DNA of 62,364 nt from contig CAKORG010000004.1 of assembly GCA_934101495.1 (NCBI GenBank), positions 1 to 62,364 on the forward strand, written 5' to 3'. Position 1 is the stretch's first letter. Every line of letters begins with the position of its first letter. A program made the translations under genes and the position numbers. Below the pieces are notes generated by a model. That model was not told where the DNA came from. It saw only the letters and a program-made list of their open reading frames with translations, and searched no databases. Positions 1-8,112 of this stretch are shown one piece after another. This DNA is from an uncultured Bacilli bacterium. Lineage in GTDB: Bacteria; Bacillota_I; Bacilli_A; RF39; UBA660.

Positions 1-2235
1 GCACCAGTATGGGGTGCTAGAGTTAATACTATGATAGAAACTCATCCTAAAATGAAAATATTTGGAATGACTGCTTACACAGTAAGAGATCGTGGTACTT
101 CGTATGAAAGAGATATGGCTAATTCTGATACTGATGAATTATTTTCTGGAAAAATAGAAAGTAGATATGATCTATGTGATGCTATGATAGATGGTGTACT
201 TCCTAAACCTGTATATAAAAGTGCTTATACTAATTTAATAGGTTTAGAAAGTAAATTGGAAGAAAGAGTACAAAAACTTAATGCAACATCTCGTGAATAT
301 CAAGAATATATGGCAATTTTGACAGATGTTAAAAGAAGAATACATGAAGCACCAAGCATTCCCAACATTTTAAGAAAAAATATTAAGCCTAATGGTAAAT
401 ATATTTATTTCTGTCCACCATGTTCAGAAAACGGAACTAATGATATTGAGACTATTAAAAAACAAGCAATAGATTGGTTTAGAGAGTTTGTGCCTGAAGA
501 AGATATAATTATTTATACTTCAACGAGTGATATGGGAGAGGATGGTAAACTTAATAGAGATGCTTTTTATGATGATGTTACTTTGGAAGGTGAAAAAGCA
601 AATAATAAATTACGTGTAATGTTTGCTATAAATCAATATAATGAAGGAATTCATGCTCCTAATATAGACGGTGTAATAATGGGGCGTGGAACAACATCAG
701 ATATTGTATACTTTGAACAATTAGGTAGAGCGTTATCGGTTCGTGGTAATACAAAAGAAATGTTTGATGAACTAGAAAAATATTCAGTAGAACAATTAAT
801 TGAAATGTGTAAATCTAGAGATATACCAGTTAAGGAAAATGCAACCAAAGAAGATTTAATTGAAAAATTAATAGCACCAGTAGTAATAGATTTAACTAAT
901 AATTATGAATTTATTAGAGAGTTAGAAAACAATTTAAGAGATAGAATTAAAGATTTACAAAATAATGGCCTAGGTAGTCATAGAGACATTAAAATAAGAG
1001 ATGCATCATTTGATATAGAAATAGAAAATCAAGATTTATTTGAGATGTTAAGATATGTAAGTGATAGATTAACAATGACTTGGGAAGATTATTATGAGCT
1101 TGCTAAAGCATATTATGAACATTACGGGAATTTATACATATCAGATAAATTTAAAACTAATGATGGATTTACGCATGATGAAAATGGAATTATAAATCTC
1201 GGAAATTGGATTTATAGACAAAGAAAAAATTTCTTTCTTTTATCTGAAGATAGACAACAATTGTTAAAGTCAATAAATTTTAGTTTAAATCCCTTTGATG
1301 ATGAATGGCAAAATAAATATGAATATGCAAAAGCATATTTTGAATATCATGGAAATTTATTAGTACCAATTAGTTTTAAAACTAATGATGGATTTACATA
1401 TGATGAAAATGGAGTTATAAATCTTGGAAAATGGATTAGTAATCAACGAAGTGTTTTTAGTAATCTATCAAAAGAAAGACAACAATTATTAAATTCTATA
1501 GGTTTTGTTATTGGTGTTTTTGATGTGAAATGGTTAAAAAACTATGAGCTTGCAAAGGCATACTATGAACATTTTGGTAATCTGAATGTTCCAGTTCCAT
1601 TTAAGACAAATAATGGATTTAGTATTGATGAAGAAGGCACTATTAATTTGGGATATTGGGTGAATAATCAAAGAATTAAATTTTTAACTTTATCGCAAGA
1701 ACAGCAAGATTTATTAAACTCTATTGGTTTTATATTAGATCCAAATGAAGAAAAATGGTTAAAATATTATGAACTTGCAAAGAGATACTACGAACACTAT
1801 GGTAATTTACAAATTCCACGTAATTTTATAACAAGAAATGGTATTTCAGTTGATGTCGATGGAGAAAAACTAGGAATATGGATAGGACGTCAAAGAATAA
1901 AAAGTAATTTAGAAAGTAATCACGGGGTAATGCTGACACGAATAGGTATGATTTGGAATTCGAAGAAAAATAAAGAAGAAATCGAAAATGTTTGTACACA
2001 ATATAATATAGATAAAAATGTTAACAAAAATCTTCTTAAACATATTTCTATACAGGAATTACAATCTAAAATAGAATTTCTTAAAAGTCATAATATACCT
2101 ATTGTAGATGGAAATGGTTTATTAATCGATATATTCTCTATGAGTAATCCTGATATGAAAGAAAAATATGGAATTTCACTTGAAGAAATAATAAATGAAT
2201 ATTATATTAAAAATCAAATGGGAAAGGGTGTTTAG
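1..2235 (+). CDS. Superfamily-2 helicase, C-terminal part (5' end outside the window) fused to four tandem helicase-associated (HA) repeats
   Basis: Frame 1 is open from nt 1 (APVWGARVNT precedes the ATG at 31), so the gene is cut by the window edge. FAINQYNEGIHAPNIDGVIM and FEQLGRALS look like helicase motifs V/VI. Four ~70-aa repeats follow the HA-domain pattern. Confidence 0.7.
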   Translation, partial: APVWGARVNTMIETHPKMKIFGMTAYTVRDRGTSYERDMANSDTDELFSGKIESRYDLCDAMIDGVLPKPVYKSAYTNLIGLESKLEERVQKLNATSREYQEYMAILTDVKRRIHEAPSIPNILRKNIKPNGKYIYFCPPCSENGTNDIETIKKQAIDWFREFVPEEDIIIYTSTSDMGEDGKLNRDAFYDDVTLEGEKANNKLRVMFAINQYNEGIHAPNIDGVIMGRGTTSDIVYFEQLGRALSVRGNTKEMFDELEKYSVEQLIEMCKSRDIPVKENATKEDLIEKLIAPVVIDLTNNYEFIRELENNLRDRIKDLQNNGLGSHRDIKIRDASFDIEIENQDLFEMLRYVSDRLTMTWEDYYELAKAYYEHYGNLYISDKFKTNDGFTHDENGIINLGNWIYRQRKNFFLLSEDRQQLLKSINFSLNPFDDEWQNKYEYAKAYFEYHGNLLVPISFKTNDGFTYDENGVINLGKWISNQRSVFSNLSKERQQLLNSIGFVIGVFDVKWLKNYELAKAYYEHFGNLNVPVPFKTNNGFSIDEEGTINLGYWVNNQRIKFLTLSQEQQDLLNSIGFILDPNEEKWLKYYELAKRYYEHYGNLQIPRNFITRNGISVDVDGEKLGIWIGRQRIKSNLESNHGVMLTRIGMIWNSKKNKEEIENVCTQYNIDKNVNKNLLKHISIQELQSKIEFLKSHNIPIVDGNGLLIDIFSMSNPDMKEKYGISLEEIINEYYIKNQMGKGV
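1081..1965 (+). repeat. Four tandem in-frame ~220-bp repeats encoding HA-domain units
   Basis: The repeat units start at the Trp codons at about 1081, 1305, 1531 and 1755. The shared pattern is W..YYELAKAYYEHYGNL.VP..FKT.DGF..DE.G.INLG.W...QR......S.E.Q.LL.SIGF. Confidence 0.75.
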
Positions 2236-2236
2236 T

Positions 2237-2560
2237 ATGTTTTTAGAAAAATATTTAAATGCTACATATTTAGATTTAGTTTATAGTAATTATGAAGATG
2301 ACTATATAAAACTGTTAGATGAAGATAATTTTAATAAAGTTTATATATTATTAAAGAATAATAATTTCTATTTTATTGATGATATTATTTTAAATTATCT
2401 AGAATTATTTGAAATAGAAGAAAAATATGTACAACTTGCTATCTTTGATATTGAGTCAATATTAGGTGATGATTTCGTGGAACAAATTGGAAAAAATATG
2501 ACAATTATTGATGAAATTATTCAACTGGCAGTCAGTTATAGTGAAAAAAGCGATTTGTAG
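2237..2560 (+). CDS. Hypothetical acidic protein (107 aa), translationally coupled to the helicase
   Basis: An ATG at 2237 lies 1 nt after the helicase TAG (2233-2235) and is preceded by GGAAAGGGTG. The track start at 2195 lies inside the helicase and has no RBS. I recognise no motif. Confidence 0.5.
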   Translation: MFLEKYLNATYLDLVYSNYEDDYIKLLDEDNFNKVYILLKNNNFYFIDDIILNYLELFEIEEKYVQLAIFDIESILGDDFVEQIGKNMTIIDEIIQLAVSYSEKSDL

Positions 2561-2595
2561 TAATATTGTATTTAATGTTTAATCTAAAATAAATT

Positions 2596-2630
2596 AAGTA
2601 CCTATGTTAAAAATGGGTGCTTTTTGTTTT
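2596..2630 (+). terminator. Rho-independent terminator candidate
   Basis: AAGTACCTA (2596-2604) pairs with TGGGTGCTT (2614-2622), including two G-U pairs. TTTTTGTTTT follows the stem. Confidence 0.45.
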
Positions 2631-2770
2631 AGAAAAATATACGGGTAGTTTAATCATAATTAAAAAAAATTAATGAAAAAATTTTTAAAATGTTAATTGA
2701 TGGTTTAGTGAAATTGGTTATGTCTAAACAGGATATTGTAAAGATAGTTTGTTTCTGTTGATAATAAAAG

Positions 2771-2799
2771 TTGACATATAACTATGGATAATATAAAAT
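2771..2799 (+). promoter_or_regulatory. Sigma-A-type promoter candidate for the 2844-4156 gene pair
   Basis: TTGACA (2771-2776), a 17-nt spacer, then TAAAAT (2794-2799). Confidence 0.4.
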
Positions 2800-2843
2800 T
2801 AAATTGAGAGAAATTCGTGTTATAGTAATTATGAGGTTGTATT

Positions 2844-3281
2844 ATGTTTAAAATAGCGAAATTAGAAAATGTTAATAATGAAAGTGTTACTGTTAACTGT
2901 GTTACACAACAAAATTGGAGTTATGAATTAGGTAAAAAAGTTAAAGATGAAACTTTTAAAACTTTATCTTTTGATATTTCTGGAGATAATTATTCTTTTG
3001 GTTTTGACTTAAACTGCAAATTAGAAAAATTGTTAGAAATTCCAATGAATGAAACGGTAGATTTTAAAGATTATGTTTTTGGTGGTGAAACTTGGCTTAA
3101 TGTTAAAGATTTAAATGGTATTGAACCGGTATTAGATATTAGAATAACCAGGTATTTAAAAAACAAGTTTATCATTTTTTTAACATTTTATACTGACTAT
3201 AGTTATGATGAAAATGACTATTCTGGAATGATTGAATTTACATTTAATTTAGATGATTATTTAGGTGGCGAAAATAAATGA
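2844..3281 (+). CDS. Hypothetical protein (145 aa)
   Basis: An ATG follows GAGGTTGTATT. The stop overlaps the next start (ATGA at 3278-3281), which implies translational coupling. I recognise no motif. Confidence 0.55.
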   Translation: MFKIAKLENVNNESVTVNCVTQQNWSYELGKKVKDETFKTLSFDISGDNYSFGFDLNCKLEKLLEIPMNETVDFKDYVFGGETWLNVKDLNGIEPVLDIRITRYLKNKFIIFLTFYTDYSYDENDYSGMIEFTFNLDDYLGGENK

Positions 3282-4156
3282 GTTTTATTAACAATGAAGA
3301 ATTAAAGAAAATGACTTGTACATCAAACGGATGTATAAATAAAGTGGTAATTGATTATGCAAAAAATATTTTATTTTCACAATTAAAACCTTATATTCTA
3401 GATAAAGCACAGGCTAAAATAATTAATGAAAAAATCGAGAATATGAAAATCGAAATATTATCAGGTAATGACTTTGAAAATAAATATTATAAAAGTGGTG
3501 GCAAAGGATTTTTACCAGGCGCTTATGTTTACCAAAATACTATTTATTTTAGAGATGATTTAAATTTTGATATTAATGAACTCCACAACTTAATTCATGA
3601 AATGTTACACATCATATCTGATAATGGTGAAAAGATGGGATTATTACAACATAACAAAGAAAAAAATTATATGTATGGCAGAGGTCTAAATGAAGCCTTT
3701 ACTGAATATTTAACATCAAAAATACTAGAAGATAGTTTTCGTGGTTATTCAAAAGATTTTGAATATATAATCCAATTATTAATGATTTTGACAAATTTGG
3801 ATATAAAAGATTTATTTAAATTATACATTTCAAATGAGGAATGGCTTACTGATGAGATAATAAGTAGATTTAATCCAAATGATAATGAATTAGTTGGGTT
3901 AGTTGTTGAATATGATAATAGGTTAAATCCTAATAAAACTTTTAACCCAAACAATGTATTTCATTATTTATTTAATTCAATAAAATGTAAAATAAATAAT
4001 AATGAAAAATTTGATGTCAATAAATTACAAGAGTTATTAAAACAATATTATAACTATTATTATGATGTGGATCGTGAATTAGATTTATCAGTGAGAACTG
4101 GTATAGCAGAAATTTTAGATATTCTGGGAACTTATAAGAATAATATAGGCCGATAG
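3278..4156 (+). CDS. Gluzincin-like metallopeptidase-fold protein (HExxH ... NEAFTEY)
   Basis: HEMLH is followed 25 residues later by GLNEAFTEY. This spacing and context recall the HExxH-x(n)-E zinc site of the MA(E) clan (compare LNEGFA.Y in M1 peptidases). No signal peptide is evident. Confidence 0.5.
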   Translation: MSFINNEELKKMTCTSNGCINKVVIDYAKNILFSQLKPYILDKAQAKIINEKIENMKIEILSGNDFENKYYKSGGKGFLPGAYVYQNTIYFRDDLNFDINELHNLIHEMLHIISDNGEKMGLLQHNKEKNYMYGRGLNEAFTEYLTSKILEDSFRGYSKDFEYIIQLLMILTNLDIKDLFKLYISNEEWLTDEIISRFNPNDNELVGLVVEYDNRLNPNKTFNPNNVFHYLFNSIKCKINNNEKFDVNKLQELLKQYYNYYYDVDRELDLSVRTGIAEILDILGTYKNNIGR

Positions 4157-4350
4157 TAAAATCTATAATAGTGAAAGGAGCAGTATTATGCAAATTATAA
4201 TAATATAGGAAAAAATAATAATCAATTTGTTGCAAGAACTTGGTCTTTTTGTTTAGAAATTATTTTAATATAACAAAAATTAATATTACATTTATATATT
4301 TTGTTTATAAAAAAGTGATGTTTTCAGTGCCAATTCATCTTATTAACAAT

Positions 4351-4379
4351 TTGACAAAATGCCTTAAATATGATACAAT
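4351..4379 (+). promoter_or_regulatory. Strong sigma-A-type promoter
   Basis: TTGACA (4351-4356), a 17-nt spacer, then TACAAT (4374-4379). The -10 is preceded by TGa, an extended -10 element. Confidence 0.6.
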
Positions 4380-4430
4380 GTTAGTGCTGTTGAGCAATGG
4401 GGGTTGCAATATAATTTAGACATTAATATG

Positions 4431-4461
4431 AATCTCATTGAATAACAATGAGATTTTTTTG
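4431..4461 (+). terminator. Intrinsic terminator inside the leader of the 4517 gene
   Basis: A perfect 10-bp stem forms between AATCTCATTG (4431-4440) and CAATGAGATT (4446-4455). The loop is AATAA and a T-run follows (4454-4460). Confidence 0.7.
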
Positions 4462-4516
4462 AAATAAATATTCAATTTTCGTAGAAGTACATGATGTTTT
4501 AGGGGGGTAAATTATA

Positions 4517-5560
4517 ATGGACAGATATGATAAAGTAATAAGAAAAAATGTATTAACTATTCGAAGTGTTCCTGGAATGGAAAGAAGTAACTTAGGTGCA
4601 TTTTTATCTTTTAAAATTTCTTTTGATAATTTTTCAAAATATTTAAATGAAATAAAAACTATAAATACATCATTGCCAATAAGATGTATTATATATGATG
4701 AAGGTATTATATCATCGAATTATGATGTACAATTAAGATTGAATTTTCTAAAAAGTATACAAAAATTAAATTTTGAAAAAATTGAATTTAAACTATCAGA
4801 ATCCACTCTTCCGTTATATAATACTATAATGGATAGAATTAATTGGAATCATGATGATGTATCATTTTTAGAAATGACTGTAGATAGATATCCTACAGAA
4901 ATAAAAGATTTACGACTTGAAAGAGCTAAGGGTAAAATATTGTTGCCTGAAGAAAAATTGTTATGGCAAAGTGATTATGTTTTGGAAAGGCTAAAAGATA
5001 GAATAGATCCAAAAGTTTTAGCTGATACTGATAAGTTAAAATTTGTTATAAGGCATTATGTTGATCAATTAGAAAGACATTATGATTTTGAAAGATTAAC
5101 GGATTTTGATAAGGTGTTTTTAACATATCATTTTATTAGAGATCGAGATAAATTAAATATTGAGTTTGCTGGTGAACAAACAATGATTGGATTAGATGGT
5201 CAACAACATTTAGTTCCTTCGGAAGAAAAATGGGAATCAAAACCTTATGGGACATATATAAGAAGAAGAGGTGTCTGTGAAGGACAAGCAAAATTATTTA
5301 GAGTGCTATTAAATAATTGGGATATGCAAGTAGATGCAGTAACATTAAGTGGAAAATCACCTTTGGGTCCACATTGTTGGCTTGGAACAGTTATTGATGG
5401 AAAGCTTTATTACCATTGTACAACACAGTGGAAACTATTTGATGCACCTAGATTCATTCCAAATAATACGGAATATTATCCACAAATATATTTGACTTCT
5501 TCGTTATCAAGTGAAGATAAATTGAAAATTGAAAGACATATTAGAACACTAAAAAGGTAA
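4517..5560 (+). CDS. Transglutaminase-like cysteine-protease-fold protein with an unknown N-terminal domain
   Basis: The RBS is AGGGGGG. The C-terminal region RRGVCEGQAKLF ... GPHCWLGTVIDGKLYY fits the Cys / His-aromatic core of the transglutaminase-like superfamily. The position of the third catalytic residue is unclear. Confidence 0.55.
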   Translation: MDRYDKVIRKNVLTIRSVPGMERSNLGAFLSFKISFDNFSKYLNEIKTINTSLPIRCIIYDEGIISSNYDVQLRLNFLKSIQKLNFEKIEFKLSESTLPLYNTIMDRINWNHDDVSFLEMTVDRYPTEIKDLRLERAKGKILLPEEKLLWQSDYVLERLKDRIDPKVLADTDKLKFVIRHYVDQLERHYDFERLTDFDKVFLTYHFIRDRDKLNIEFAGEQTMIGLDGQQHLVPSEEKWESKPYGTYIRRRGVCEGQAKLFRVLLNNWDMQVDAVTLSGKSPLGPHCWLGTVIDGKLYYHCTTQWKLFDAPRFIPNNTEYYPQIYLTSSLSSEDKLKIERHIRTLKR

Positions 5561-5699
5561 TATAAAAATTGTTGATTAATGATTCGATAAAAAATAATTT
5601 TGAATATTTTATGTAATTAAACAAAATGTATGTGTTTAAAATATTTGTTAATAATTTATATTGAACTATCCAAAGATATCAAAACAAAATATGATTTTT

Positions 5700-6023
5700 C
5701 TAGAATAAACCATCCATTATTAAAAAGTGGATGGTTTTATATTCATGAAATATTAAAGGATTCTTTAATATTTCAGGTTGTTGACAAAATGAATTTACGA
5801 CACCATAATAGGTTCGTAAGTTGTATTCAATTGGAGCAATAAATGAATTTTTTATTTTGGAATTTTCATCTAAAAGTTTTAAAAATTCTTCATAGTGCTC
5901 TTTACTTGCAAATCTCATAACAATTGCATCAATTGATATAACATTTCTAAATTTACATTCTCCAAGTTCTTCATTCGGATGATTCTTGTAAAGATTATCT
6001 ATAAATTTTTGAAGTTCTATCAT
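5700..6023 (-). CDS. Hypothetical protein (107 aa), last ORF of a minus-strand gene string
   Basis: This is an open frame only. The RBS is weak, and the ORF overlaps the plus-strand ORF 5630-5842, which I regard as spurious. It may be part of a decayed gene. Confidence 0.3.
   Translation of the reverse strand: MIELQKFIDNLYKNHPNEELGECKFRNVISIDAIVMRFASKEHYEEFLKLLDENSKIKNSFIAPIEYNLRTYYGVVNSFCQQPEILKNPLIFHEYKTIHFLIMDGLF
5707..5737. terminator. 10-bp hairpin, possible bidirectional terminator
   Basis: AAACCATCCA (5707-5716) pairs with TGGATGGTTT (5728-5737). T-rich sequence follows on the plus strand. The hairpin overlaps the last codons of the minus-strand ORF 5700-6023. Confidence 0.4.
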
Positions 6024-6078
6024 AACTTCAATATATTTTTCTGGCTTTATTGATAAATGTACTTTGCAAAAAATATCA

Positions 6079-6435
6079 TTAGTTTCTTTTTATAGAATAT
6101 ATAAAATCATTATTTTTTACCATATTAGGAGATGCATTAGACCAACGAAATGATACTCTTTTTCTTATTTCAAATTTTGCTTTTTGTCTATTTGCACTAT
6201 CGCGAAAAGGAGAATAAATTCCAGGTCTTCTAATTCCATAAATATTGGCAGAGTCAAAAAAATCAGAAAAAACCATCAAGTCATACTTTAAATCTCGGTC
6301 TTTAGATAAATCATATCTATTTGTAATTATTTTATATAATTCATAGAACTATTTATCATCTTTAGAGGTATCTTTTGTGGTAAAATTACTTTTTATAAAA
6401 AACTCATAATATTTATTTAAAATATCTTGTATAAT
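6079..6435 (-). pseudogene. Interrupted gene: no ATG start and an in-frame TAG
   Basis: A good SD (AGGAGA, complement of 6442-6447) sits 6 nt upstream of an ATT codon (6433-6435). The frame then reads IQDILNKYYEFFIKSNFTTKDTSKDDK, TAG (6349-6351), FYELYKIITNRYDLSKDRDLKYDLMVFSDFF... through to 6079. Confidence 0.45.
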
Positions 6436-6449
6436 TTTGTTTCTCCTAT

Positions 6450-7217
6450 TTATTTTGTTATTTTATTATCAACAGAGTAGTTAATTTTTTGTAATAATTT
6501 TTTAATTAAGTTACTTACTATTACCATACTATCTTTATCAATATTAGAATCAGCAACTGTTGCCTCTAAAGATTCTTTAGTGTATATAGGCGTTTCATTA
6601 CTATCTTTTAAAATAACTAAACCTTTATCTGTGTCTTCTAATTGAATGTTAAAAATATCTTTTGAAAATGAATTAAATACAACATTTCCATTTTCATAAA
6701 TATCAATTGTACCATTTAGAAATTCTATTCCATCCCCATATCTTAATTCGTCTTGTTCTTCAGTTATACCAATTCTAATTATATTCGATGTTGCATTATC
6801 TATACTTGGGATATATGAAATAGAAGGATTTACTTTAATGCTCTTAGAAACACCTATTCCTACAGAAATAAAAAATGTATAAGAACATAACTTTCTAATC
6901 ATTGCTTTATTTTCAATAATAGTCTTTGTAAAATCATTACTTGAAAGAATTTCTTCATTAATACTTCTTAAATAACTAACAATCTTTTCTTCATCTTCAT
7001 TAAAAAACTTTTCTAACAATCGTTGTGGAAAACTGCCATATAAAAATCTCAATACATCGCTTGAAAAATTAAAAAATGCTTGTTCATCTTGATTAACATC
7101 TTTTTCTTTGGGATAACTTTTTGTATCTGAATTTGAGTATCCTCTCATATGACTTTGCATATTTGCATTAATTTGAGAACATGCTATTCCTATAATTGAA
7201 TTCTTTGATAAATTCAT
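6450..7217 (-). CDS. Hypothetical protein (255 aa)
   Basis: An ATG follows AAAGGTG. No TM segment, signal peptide or known motif is recognised. It is the first gene of the minus-strand string. Confidence 0.55.
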   Translation of the reverse strand: MNLSKNSIIGIACSQINANMQSHMRGYSNSDTKSYPKEKDVNQDEQAFFNFSSDVLRFLYGSFPQRLLEKFFNEDEEKIVSYLRSINEEILSSNDFTKTIIENKAMIRKLCSYTFFISVGIGVSKSIKVNPSISYIPSIDNATSNIIRIGITEEQDELRYGDGIEFLNGTIDIYENGNVVFNSFSKDIFNIQLEDTDKGLVILKDSNETPIYTKESLEATVADSNIDKDSMVIVSNLIKKLLQKINYSVDNKITK

Positions 7218-7249
7218 ATTTACACCTTTTTCTATTAATAGTGTACCAT

Positions 7250-7265
7250 ATTTCTAGCTAGAAAT
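7250..7265. promoter_or_regulatory. Perfect 16-bp palindrome ATTTCTAGCTAGAAAT (operator candidate)
   Basis: It lies 33 nt upstream of the 7217 start codon, in the divergent intergenic region. Its half-site TTTCTAG recurs at 7455-7493. Confidence 0.4.
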
Positions 7266-7434
7266 CATTAATTTGAGATGATTTTATAATTTTTAGTTAA
7301 TTCTTTTTATTTTTTTAAAAGAATACTTTACAAATACTATATTATATAAGTTAACTAAAACAAAATATAATCTAAGTAATTAAGGTTATATGCTTTTTAT
7401 TAAAATAAATAGATTTTTTTTTATATATTTTAAG

Positions 7435-7493
7435 CATCCAACATTCATCCAACATTTCTAGTATACTTCCAACTGTTGGATATGTACTAGAAA
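7435..7493. promoter_or_regulatory. Composite repeat: tandem 11-mers plus a 39-bp imperfect palindrome
   Basis: CATCCAACATT occurs twice in tandem (7435-7445, 7446-7456). TTTCTAGTA (7455-7463) ... TCCAAC-T-GTTGGA (7468-7480) ... TACTAGAAA (7485-7493) is then symmetric about nt 7474. Confidence 0.45.
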
Positions 7494-7546
7494 ATGCTGA
7501 ATAGATCTTAGATGTTTTAATTTAGTAATAAAATTTACCAAAATTA

Positions 7547-7555
7547 TGGTATAAT
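7547..7555 (+). promoter_or_regulatory. Extended -10 promoter element for the 7604 gene
   Basis: TGgTATAAT lies 49 nt upstream of the ATG. No good -35 element is present. Confidence 0.4.
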
Positions 7556-7603
7556 TATATATAGAAGTGACAGATAAATAGTAATTTGTCGAGGAGGTTT
7601 AAA

Positions 7604-8071
7604 ATGAAAGACGAAAATAATATTTGTATAAATGCTACAACATTTGAAATTGCAGAAATAGAAAATAGTTTTATTGTTAATAAAAAATTAGGGAAAACCA
7701 TATCAATATTAAATAAAAAAGGCTATTATACTGAATCGTGTTGCAAAGCGACTTTATCTAAGCCACTTATGATTTCTAATATAATACATAATTTAATAGA
7801 AGAAAAATTGATAGAAGTCAATGAATATACAACTGAAAAGATAAGGAAAATAATTGATATGAGTGATTTTGAATCAACAATAATAATTTTTAAAAAAAAT
7901 TATGAATTTAAAAATTTACCAAATGGTTTTAAACTTATAGGTAAGGACTTATATTATAATTTAAAAATATTAAAAGACGGCCCAAATATTAAGTTTAAAT
8001 CATTAGTAGAATTAGATAAAGAAAACGAAGAAAGTTTAAAATTATTAGAGAAATGGGCAAACAACTTATAA
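7604..8071 (+). CDS. Hypothetical protein (155 aa)
   Basis: An ATG at 7604 is preceded by GAGGAGG at ideal spacing. The track start at 7586 is a TTG lying inside that RBS. I recognise no motif. Confidence 0.55.
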   Translation: MKDENNICINATTFEIAEIENSFIVNKKLGKTISILNKKGYYTESCCKATLSKPLMISNIIHNLIEEKLIEVNEYTTEKIRKIIDMSDFESTIIIFKKNYEFKNLPNGFKLIGKDLYYNLKILKDGPNIKFKSLVELDKENEESLKLLEKWANNL

Positions 8072-8112
8072 GAAAGAAATAACAAATTGCAATTTGAAAG
8101 TGATATGATATT

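Noticed and set aside
4188-4208. Mini-ORF MQIIII with a good RBS (AAAGGAG, 7 nt, ATG) after the gluzincin-like gene, which could be an Ile-codon leader peptide
   Set aside because: There is no associated terminator/anti-terminator structure and no amino-acid biosynthesis or tRNA-synthetase gene downstream. ATA/ATT runs are common in this DNA.
5630-5842. 70-aa plus-strand ORF downstream of the transglutaminase-like gene
   Set aside because: It has no RBS, spans a terminator-like hairpin and overlaps the minus-strand ORF, so it is probably non-coding. I retain the minus-strand ORF only at low confidence.
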